A stretch of 64,000 bases of DNA from Andalucia godoyi And28 (taxonomy: Eukaryota; Protista; Jakobida): the NCBI GenBank assembly GCA_009859145.1, contig VRVR01000033.1, positions 124,001-188,000 of the forward strand, in the 5' to 3' direction. Positions 18,464 to 28,478 of the stretch are shown here, in pieces. Both the position numbers and the translations under genes were made by a program. Under the pieces are notes generated by a model, which had not been told where the DNA came from, made no database searches, and was given only the letters and a program-made list of their open reading frames with translations. Numbering within the stretch: position 1 is the first letter of the stretch; every line of letters begins with the position of its first letter.

Positions 18464-20812
18464 CTATGTTGCGCAGGAACATGGAGGAGGGTGGGCCATT
18501 TCTAACGTCATTTCTAAGACACAGCCCTTCACGCCCTGCTTTGACAAGATCATGCGCAACTGCCGATCCATCTTCATGACGAGCTTTCTAAAAACACGCG
18601 ATTCACCGCAGCGAAGACTGAACAGAATCGAGAACCGCTTTTCTTCCGGACTCTGCGTTTGTTTCTGCAACGGAGACAGCGATGACGGCAACGGTACGGG
18701 CGTCGGAGACTGTGATATGATCACAAAGAATCGCATGGATTCACGAGGATAAAAGCACTTGAGACCGACGGAATCCGACTTGTTTGGCAAGTTTGAATGA
18801 ATCATGACTGTAGGCGAAGGGGCGGTACTGGATTCATCGTCGCTCTTGTTCATTGATTCACGAGAGGACGCGCGGGACATCGTCACCGGAGTGCTGTGTG
18901 CACTGAAGGACCCAGTGGAATTACTCACAGGAAATGACAATGCGTCATCAAAAGCCGAGGTAAAAGCATTGGGGCAACTGTGAACATGAACATTCAAACT
19001 ATCCAGAAGTGAGAGAATCGAAGACTTCACGTCCTCCATGAACGAAACATTCTGAGGAGGAGGAACAAACGAAAGCCGATAGTGGACTAACGATGGGACA
19101 AGCTGCACTCCTTGAAACCATTCATGGGCCACAATGTCGTCGATCGCGGCACGACTGTGCGGGTCAGGGACCAAGATTTTCTCGAGAAGATCCAAGGCAA
19201 GAGGATCCTTCACCAAAGACCGATCCCATTTTGCAGCAGAAATGTTTGCAAACAACTCCGCGACAGTGAAACCGTAGAGAGGATCACATCCGACCAGAAG
19301 CTTGAACAAAATGATTCCTAGCGACCATACATCCACAGCCTGCCCAGAGAATACCTTTCCTTCGACTTGCTCCGGCGCCAAGTGGGACAATGTCCCTGTG
19401 ACAACCGTGGAGAACAAATCCCATCCTTTGGAGAACACTCGGGACTGGCCAAAGTCGGTAATTTTGAGTGTGCCGTCATTGGACAGCAACAGATTCTCAA
19501 GGCGCAGGTCGCGATGGCAGACCCCATGCGTATGACAGTATTGAACACCTTGCACAAGCTGAACAAAATACCATCTTGCGATGCCGGACGGGAGACCACC
19601 AATATCCCCGGAAACGTAGTCTGATAACGCTCCGCCCCCGCAGAGCTCCATGCACAGATAGACAAAATTGTTGTCCACAACGACATCGTAGAGCTCAACC
19701 ACGTTTTCGTGGTGCAGACGAGTCATGATCGCAACTTCCGTGTCAATGCGGGACATGTCTGCACACGACCCAACAGGAATGAGCTTCACGGCTAGTGGCT
19801 TGTCAGACTCTACTACTGAACCGCTGCGAACCACTCCGTACGCTCCTTCTCCAAGTTTGTGGCCAAGGGCAATGGGACCAAGAACCTTGGATTCAATCAG
19901 AATCGTGAAAATGGGTTTCGTTCCGATCTTTTCATCGTGCAGGCTTTCCAAAGACTCGTACTCTCGAAGAACCAAATCTGCCAGAACCAGGAAATCTGAT
20001 TTTGACAACGCTTGCACGCCATCTGCTGATGACGAGTACTCCTTCAGGATGTTTTGGGGTGACGCATCTCCTTCAAAGATGAGGTGGTCGATGCGAATGC
20101 CATCTCTTTCCACGGCCTCCAAAATAATCGTCAAGTCATTCACATCAATAAATCCTTTCTCCTGCGAATCCGCAAGCTTGAAGAGCCATTCCAAAAACTT
20201 TTCTCTCGTTGATCGGCCACCTTGCCAGATTTCTCGGTCGAGTGTTGGGTGCAATGCGAGCTGAATACTTCTCCGCAGGTCTTCCTCTTTCACATCCACG
20301 TCCGTTGCAAAGGGATCGGTCAAAGGTTTGCCCACGGGCGACGAAACCTCACAGCGAGGGATCACAATTTGGTCAGAAAATGACCGACCAAAAGAATGCC
20401 CACTCATGCTCTTACTCTCCGTTCGCATCGTCTGAAATTTGCTAGATGAAGAATGCGACCCGGCATTGTCTTTTGTTGGAGTTGCGAAACCGCCATCGGA
20501 ATCAAACTGTCCACTTTTCTGTCGACCCCCCAGAGAACCAGATGATCCTGCAGTCGTGCTGGTATTCGACGAAACAGCCTCCCTCTTTTCATGAGATTTT
20601 TCTACTTTCTTCGCTAATCTATGAATAAACTTGTCCATTTTTTCGTATTCTTTCAACGAAAGTGCGCCCTCCTTTGATTCATCAAAGAAGAACAGCGCTG
20701 GCACGGACACAAGTCTTAATACATGAGAGGATCGAAGCTCGGACAGAGAAAGCTCGCCATCCTGATCCTTATCCAAGGCTTCAAACGCTCTGCGCGCATG
20801 CGTATTTCCCAT
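18464..20812 (-). CDS. N-myristoylated EF-hand + CAMK-group (CIPK/AMPK-like) Ser/Thr kinase with probable C-terminal KA1-like domain
   Basis: MGNTHA N-terminus, EF loops DKDQDGELSLSE, DESKEGALSLKE and DSQEKGFIDVND, kinase motifs GEGAYG, AVK, HRDLRLEN, DFG and LAPE. Confidence 0.85.
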   Translation of the reverse strand: MGNTHARRAFEALDKDQDGELSLSELRSSHVLRLVSVPALFFFDESKEGALSLKEYEKMDKFIHRLAKKVEKSHEKREAVSSNTSTTAGSSGSLGGRQKSGQFDSDGGFATPTKDNAGSHSSSSKFQTMRTESKSMSGHSFGRSFSDQIVIPRCEVSSPVGKPLTDPFATDVDVKEEDLRRSIQLALHPTLDREIWQGGRSTREKFLEWLFKLADSQEKGFIDVNDLTIILEAVERDGIRIDHLIFEGDASPQNILKEYSSSADGVQALSKSDFLVLADLVLREYESLESLHDEKIGTKPIFTILIESKVLGPIALGHKLGEGAYGVVRSGSVVESDKPLAVKLIPVGSCADMSRIDTEVAIMTRLHHENVVELYDVVVDNNFVYLCMELCGGGALSDYVSGDIGGLPSGIARWYFVQLVQGVQYCHTHGVCHRDLRLENLLLSNDGTLKITDFGQSRVFSKGWDLFSTVVTGTLSHLAPEQVEGKVFSGQAVDVWSLGIILFKLLVGCDPLYGFTVAELFANISAAKWDRSLVKDPLALDLLEKILVPDPHSRAAIDDIVAHEWFQGVQLVPSLVHYRLSFVPPPQNVSFMEDVKSSILSLLDSLNVHVHSCPNAFTSAFDDALSFPVSNSTGSFSAHSTPVTMSRASSRESMNKSDDESSTAPSPTVMIHSNLPNKSDSVGLKCFYPRESMRFFVIISQSPTPVPLPSSLSPLQKQTQSPEEKRFSILFSLRCGESRVFRKLVMKMDRQLRMILSKQGVKGCVLEMTLEMAHPPPCSCAT

Positions 20813-21284
20813 GATACGTCCTATTATTCCCTTTGAAATTGTAGGATTGGAAGAAAACGAAATAAGTCAAAGGAAAAATCAAATGATCAATCACGTGCGT
20901 ACGTGAAATTCCAAAATGCAGTTCGTGTTTTTTTTAAGGCAAAGACAAAAAGGAGATACACGAATTAAGCATGACTCTCTTTTGTTTGTTTTCCCCTTCT
21001 CTAGCAACAGCAACTTATTGTGTATTTTTTGTTCGCTTTGCTTTGTGTGATTGATATGTTTGTTTTTTGTTGTTTTTGTTCTTAATGAATGAAAATAAGG
21101 TAGGACAGAAAAGAAGACCCGTATTTTCTGAACCATCAAAGAAACGGAAGGATAGAGATCGAGTGCAAACCGCGGAGGGGCGAAGTGGACGCTCATTCGA
21201 ACCTCCAAAGTTGATGTCGACAGACGTCAACCATTTCCACTGGGTTTCCGCCTATACACAAACCATCCATTTCCCCGCCGTTTT

Positions 21285-21410
21285 CTTGAGCATTTCGCCA
21301 GCATTGTACACTCACCACGGATAATCATCGCTGATCACCCATAATCAATGTTGCAACCCAACGTGCATAGCATGATTGAGAAGGGGGGTAGGCCCCAACA
21401 CGCCCCTCGG
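21285..21410 (-). ncRNA. Putative Fanzor omega-RNA scaffold / element right end, copy 1
   Basis: Directly 3' of RuvC-III. Shares GCGTGTTGGGGCCTAYCCC and GGGWTGCAASAYTGATTATG blocks with 60198-60310. Carries an 11-bp hairpin with GCGA loop at 21317-21342. Confidence 0.6.
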
Positions 21411-21790
21411 CATGAGAGACGTTCCTAAGATGGATGCAGATGTTGTGCGCGCCGTTCCAATCGCGGTCGACCGTGCATTTGCACGACGAGCAACAAAATA
21501 CACCTTGTTTCCCACACAACTTGCGACGCATTTCCCCCCGCAACGGCCGCACGCTTTAGATGTGCACTCCTCCGTCACAAGTCACAATCGACGCCTGCCG
21601 CCCCGCGATTTCGCATAATTTTTGCAGAGCAGCCGCTGTTGGAATTGATAATGGCCCCGTGTCAACATCTGCCGCGCAGTTGTCGCCTTGGCGATCTTTC
21701 CTGGCGCCGGCCCCGCGTCGGAAGGTGGCGGTGGAGATGTCACAGGTTTTGCGCAGCGTTGCGGGCGTGACGGACATGGTGCGTTGCATG
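21380..21790 (-). pseudogene. Fanzor2/TnpB-like nuclease pseudogene, C-terminal part
   Basis: KIAKATTARQMLTRGHYQFQQRLLCK, then after one in-frame stop VTEECTSKACGRCG (RuvC-II + CxxC), then after a frameshift FCCSSCKCTVDRDWNGAHNI (CxxC + RuvC-III). Confidence 0.88.
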
Positions 21791-22342
21791 AAGAATAAAG
21801 AAATGAAATGAGCGTCGCTGGGCGAGAATGCAACGCGGCGGTGTGTGTATAAGGATTCCATGATCAAAATGGGGCGAAACGAATCGGACATCGTGTGACG
21901 GAGTTGCCAAGATAACAAACGCATGCGCGTGCGCGTGGCAGTGTTTTTTGTTTTTTACGTGCGCTTCAGATTGCTTCCTCATTCAGTGGCACAACAAGTG
22001 CAGCGGTTGTGGTTGTTTTCTTGGCTTAATATAAAAATAAAAAAATTCATCATGAAAAACTGAGAAAGAGAATAAGAAGCAGACTTTTGTCATCAAATCA
22101 ACAGAAGAAAGAACGACGAAAGAATAGAGGGGGGAAAATCAAACACAAAAAACCAAACAAGGAGTGAATATCTGTGATTTTCCTGTTGCGTCATTTCCCT
22201 TCGGACTCCAAAAAAAAACCCTCCTTTCTTCGTTCCACATATTCGAAAATTCTTGAAAGAAACGAACACTCATGAAGAGACTCTGTGGTTTCTTTCTGCT
22301 TTTCTCGAAAGCATCGCATAGGTTGTCCCGAAACAAACTCGG

Positions 22343-25300
22343 CTACGAATTTCTAGAAGAAGAAGAAGCCGAGGCGGTGGGAGCATCTTCGGCAGATGGC
22401 TCTCGTGCAACAATCCTCCAGATCTCAGAAGCCGAAACTTCGTCAGTGGATTCCTCAAGAGAGGGCCGCACAGCAAGCCGCTTGTGCTGGAACACGTCGA
22501 AACTCTTGACGCAGGAAAAAATCAAATCCAGATCGGCATCGGCAGAGAGAATCTTGCGCACATTGTCCTTGTCAGTGTAACAAATAAACAAGTCCAAGAT
22601 GTAGTCCACGGGCGCACCCGTCGAGCTTCGATCTTCAAGAACGATGGGAAGTCGGAACTCCTGCCGAACTCTGGCTTTGATATCTCGCGTGCTGCGGCAA
22701 AGAGAAGCATCAAACTCGCAAACCTTTGGAGACCGATCTTTCGCCGTTTCAAACAACGACACCTTCAGCCAAATGGGTGAAAACACAGCTCTTTTTGATT
22801 TCCGCTTCAACTCTGCTTCCTTCGCCTCTTTCTCTGCTCTGCGTTGCTCGATAATTTCCAAAAGACAATTTCGCAATAAAGCACGGCGAGTCATGTCCGC
22901 TGCCTGTGCATCAACCATCAGCGTAGCTCGAGCACGACTCCACAATAACGAGCCTTCTGTCCACTCTTTCTTCAACGAGAAGGCGACCATCTCTCGAACA
23001 AACGACTGAATTCCCAGCACGCACGTCATTGTATCTTCCCAAGACGAGCAACGAAATACGAGAGGTAATCCACGGGAGTTCGACTGCAACACAGAAAACG
23101 ACCGAAGTTGTTCCTGCTCAAAGCCAACCGTAGCTTCGAACGCCGAAATCGACGCAAACGACCGGTCCATAGAAAACACCTGCTTTCCAAATTCAATGTA
23201 ATCGATCTGCGAGATTGGAATTGTGTGCCTGGGCTTCCCCGAGTCGCCAACGTCCGACCAGCCGAGCAACAGTCTGTCTTTCGCACCTTTCTCTTCGACA
23301 ACCCTAAGCACTCGCTCTTTCCACTTTCCTCCAGCAAAAGATATGGATTTCTCATCCTTTCTCTTGAATGCTTGCAATGAGACACCCCGGATAATTAATT
23401 CTCTTGCAGTTGCTTCGCGAAGCTTCGATCGCGTCGTGAGAAGCCGGACCCTGGTATCTATCCTTTGTTCACGCTCCTCTTTCAGATCCTCTAAAGCTGC
23501 CTTGCGGACATCAGCCTTCAAAACAGACAGTTCTTTCTTTGCAGAAGCAGCCTCTCCAAGCGACGCTTCAAGCATCCCACGCAGCGTCTCAGTATAGCCG
23601 CGTAGCTCCAAAATTTCCTGTCGCAGTGAGTCGGATCGAATATCTTGTGCACGCTGATACAGCAACGGCATCAGCGAAAACAAGGCATCCTTGTCCTTCA
23701 CGGCACGAGAAACAATTGCTTCTGTTTCCTGGATCTTTGCTCTCAATCGGTCCATCTCAAGATCCGAGACAGGAGGAGCCACAATGCTGGACTCTGAAAC
23801 CTCCGTCATTCCAGTAGCAGCTGTTGGAGCCGAATGGGATACCAATGAAAATCCCGTGTCATCAACTTGGTCCAAATCCACCAATTCTTCTGCACGCTTC
23901 GCAGCGCGAATCTTGTACGCTTGAAGCGCAACATCCCAACTGCTCAGTTCGTCTTCGGACTTGCAGGAAAACACAAAAAGGACTTTCTTGGACGTCAGGA
24001 TCTGGAACGCGTGATGTTTCTTGAACATGTGATAATCGACGTGAGAAATCTCGCTTCCATCAAGAGGAATCTCGCCAAGAGGGGCCAGGGAATCTGGAGA
24101 TCGAAAATAGAATATCCTGTCTTCAACCAATCGATGATAACGGTATTTCCAAGAATGGAAGAACGTTCCTCGTTTTGTCAGCCATCCTGCATGGTAAACC
24201 TTGTACATGTTGACAATGGAAGCACTCCCAACCTTTTCTTTTCTATCTATACCTCTCTTCACATCAATCGCAATGGGAACTTGGATGAATTTTTCTCCAA
24301 GCTCGTCCTCGTGAATAGAGTGCTCCAGCTGCTTATTTCGCACCATTCGATAGCGGAGCATCTCGAATTCCGCACCCGAATCCGTTACAAGCTGTTCCAC
24401 TCGTGACAACGAAGACTCAATACACTGCAGATCCACAAAAGCGACGTCCTCTTTTTCTGCATAATCCGGATACATCATTCGTTGGGCAGTGCGAGAAGGA
24501 AGGACAATTCTGGTCAGATTCATTTGCGAAAACGATGAAAGCACGCTATATCGAGACGTAGACAGTCGAGAAGCCATGGACTGGCGAGCCGAAGGCGGAG
24601 ATGTGTTGTCCAAGGAGATGGAGAGCGGTCTTCGACTCGGCACAGACAATAGCGTCCCATCGATCTCTTCTTCCACGACAGTCTTCGAGTTCTTTGGAAT
24701 GGCAAGAGGTGTGTCCGCAGGACCCGGAAGAACAAATTTTTCCGAGAAGAATTTCACAAACAGTGGGATGACATCAACCAAGTGTCCTTTGATATGCATT
24801 CCACCGAAACGCATGGTCATTGAACCTCGATCAAGACCTTTGACGTCCGACCACTCCGAAATGCGGTGCATTCCGTGTTTTCGGACAAAGCGAAAGGCGA
24901 AAAATCCGGGGAAATCCCGAGCATCCAGCGTGCTGAGAAGCTTGTCCAACCGGGCAACATCGAACGCATCCGTAGCAAGCGATTCGAATCCCTTCCACCA
25001 CAATTTCAGACAAGACCGCTCAAACTGGTTGTCGAACATGGATTCGAAGTCATTAAGATTGATTTCTGCAAGCGTCTTTCCAGATGGAATTTGATCAGAC
25101 GATGTGCCCTTGACCGACTCGGAAACATCAGTCACCAGTCTCACAGAAATCGTGGAAACTTGAGACCAAATCCAAATCGGGATCATTGCAATGATTGCAT
25201 CGGCAGAAACAATGCGGTCCTGCACAGTCTTATCCTGCAGTTTTTCGTAGGCATCATGGGCAGTCATCCGGTGAGCAGCTTCGTTCGAGGGATCCTCGCT

Positions 25301-28069
25301 CAGAGGTACCTTCAAATCGACTAACGCAGACTTGAATTCGTTAACCAAATACATGACGCATTGAAATTCCTGCTGTGAAATAATACCCGAGATGTTCTGC
25401 AAGGAAAACCCGCCCGCGATGACCGGGTAACGAGGACAAGACGGAAGACGCCCTTGAATCGCATGCAACACATGATCGGCCTGGAGTTCATAGTTGCCAT
25501 CCGCTCCGTGGAAATCAACCAACTTGAGAGCAGAAGACTTTGGGAAAGGGCGCAGGAAAAGGGACATGAGATCCCAATTAAACGATACTTTCACCGTATC
25601 GAGTCCAGTGTTGTGCGCCGACGTAAGATCGTCCAAAAAGCCTCTTGTTCCCATGGCTGAAAAATCGGTAATATCCGAAGGAAAAACATGAGGGGCAAGA
25701 GTGGACAGAGTGAGTTTTTCTGGAGTCGTAGGGGCGAGCAACTTGTGAGACGCAATGAGGACATTGTCCATCTCGAAGAACATGACAGGGGAATCGGGAA
25801 CCACAACGCGATTCGGCGAAGGGATAACAATGGATAACGACACTACTTCCGCATTTAGCCGAAAAACGGGAGGAGGCTGAACATTCGAAACGGGAGGTCG
25901 AGGCGGACGGTGTTTGTCGGACCACTCCCGCTCAAACTCTCTGCGCCTGTTGTCAAGATCAATCAGGTCCTGAGGAGGGATCTTTCGCGGCCGTTTTAAA
26001 ATGGCGCCATTCAAAAAGGCGACAAGACGCTGAAGAAGGATAATGTCCAACGTAACCTCCACCGGACTCACGATCGCTTCAATTTCCGGACCGACAAGAG
26101 GCGGTGCCGGAAATGGGCTTCTCTGGACAGCTTTCAAACGGAGAAATGACGGATTCTTAAAATCCGCAGGTGATGTACTGGCTGCGACGGCATTCGACGT
26201 CATATGCCTCGATTTCCTCGTATCCCGCACAGTTACGGTGTTCGTGGGATTGAACCTTCTTGACGTGTCATCGTCAATCTCTCCAAACACACCCATATCG
26301 CGTATGACGGGTAAGGATTTAGAGGTTTTTCTGCGCAACGAGCACACGGTGTATTGAACAGTCGTCTTGGAAAAATGTGAAATCTGAATGTTTCGCGGCG
26401 CAGCACGGACAATATATGCAAGACTTCCACTTCGGTCTTGATCCAGGGAGATGATGTTCAGGTCTCCAAGACGAAGCTGAATGAAGAACTCTTCCATGGA
26501 AGTCACACTCGACACTGCCGGCTTAATTGTTCCGAAATTCAAATCAGACCCTTCAATTGCAAAACCGCTCACTCCGTCAACCTTCATTTTCTTGCCAAGA
26601 AACACAACCTCGCCCTTCAGCTCATCCTCGACCAGCTCAAAGCGAAATTTGCCTAAGCCGATATTCAGGTACTTCAATGGATGAGGCTTGACCTTCTTCG
26701 ACCAATTGATTACGTCGATTTCGAGAAGAACTTCTCCTGATGGAACATTTTCGAGTGGCACCCACATTTGCTTTGAAGGCGTGTCTGGCGCAAAACTTTT
26801 CAAGTCCAATTCGAAAGACCCAAGCGGAGCGTCCTTTCCGATTCTATCCCAGTCCCATAATGATACAGAAACTTTGGCGTTTTCTGGATGGCTGATGGTG
26901 AAAGAGTAGTCTTCGGCATCCCACTTTGGATTGAGAGTCTTCTTCTTTGTACGGGAACGGATTTCAAAGGTTTCGTACAACGAACCATCGACTTTGGATC
27001 CCTTTAAGCGCACACGGGCATAGGGATCGGAATATCCATTCTTATCTTGAGCGACGATGTTCTTGGCCTCCAGCAATCGTACATGGACCTTATACTGGTC
27101 TCCTTCGAGAGAAGCACGACCAAAAGAATCCCCCAAGCCATCCAACATTTCCATCAACCAGATGAGCGTCTGTGAATTGACTCTAATCCTAACGTCCGCC
27201 ACAAACAGATCAGTCTGTGCCGCAATAACAACTCCTGCGTCTGTTTTCCTTGTGGTAACATGAATAGAGACTGGAAGATTTTGCAAGAGCGAAATGGCAT
27301 CCTCGTGCCCGTGAGGCACCATGGATGCGGACACGGCACCAACTGTAATCATTCGGAACACGTCAAATTCCTTGGCGCTCTTGCCAGTTTCCCGTGCAGT
27401 CTTCAGATCTGTCACGACATTCCATTCGCTGTCAGTGGCTTGGACAAGCACGTTCTCAATCAAAAGCCGCATAACAGGAGGTGTCCACTCTCCTTTTCGT
27501 TCTTTGTACCGACCAAGCGAACAAACCTCCACTTCCACTCGTTCAATCGATACGTACACTCCGTCAGCAATTTTGTCGCCAAGAGCATATTTTTCCTTTT
27601 CCGGGATATCCTCTTCTTTGGTAGGCGGCTTTTCATCGTCTTCCTGTTTTAAAAGCGTCTCGATCACCGTTGGAACTGGTTCGATAGTCAGAGGCTCCTC
27701 AAGTACAAGCTTCACTCGATCAATAGTGACTCTTACTGGCTGACTTTGAAGCTTGGTGACAGACAACTTGATGTGAATTCGCCCAATGTTGCAAGATTTG
27801 ACTTTAAGCTGCGGCAAACCAAGGATCTCGTCCAGAGCTCGTTCATTCATATCCATGTTTTCAAGCACTGTTTCTCCCGAAAAGGAAGAAAAGTGAAAAT
27901 CCTTCTTGTTGAAATTCTTGAAGAACACCGACAAGTCTACGTTTTTTCCCTCCGCCTCAATTCAAAGTTGAAAGAGCACACATAACCTGTAAGCAGCTAT
28001 CAAAACATCATCTGTATTAGTGAAAAGTAACATACATTTTCCAGCCACTCGTGTGATAATTGCCTCCAT
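22343..28069 (-). CDS. BLTP3/UHRF1BP1-like bridge-like lipid transfer protein with C2 and PH domains; one intron (27937-28035)
   Basis: Exon 1 (28069-28036) spliced through GTATGT...TAG gives MEAIITRVAGKYLSVFFKNF, resembling the BLTP3 chorein-N start. C2 motif DKNGYSDPY...TLNPKW...WDWD and PH motif GWLTKRG..FHSWKYRY...WD.AL are present. Confidence 0.75.
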
Positions 28070-28478
28070 CTCGTCAGATCACCAATCAGCGGAATTCGTT
28101 CCGAAATGCAGAAAGGCAGAAAGCAAAACTGAAATCACAAAAATGACCTCCGCTGCAAATGCAAAAGAAAAGCCAGCAGCGACGGAAAGGGTGTGGGCAA
28201 TAAAGTCCGGCGAATACGACCTTGTACAACTGGCGAAAACGGCAAAAAACGGGGATTGACGAATCCGCTCGTTGGCTGACGGGTGACTGTTAAATTTTGG
28301 TCAATTTATTATTTTTCTTTCTTCTTCGTCGTCGTACCGGCATTTTCCCAGTTTTCTAAAATTAACATTGCCATCCATTCTTAGTGCAGCACGAAGTCTC
28401 CGTTTTACTTATTTATTTTAGGACCGGCATCTCCTTCGTTAAATTTAAAAATAAATAAAAAGGGGGGCCGAGGGGGAG

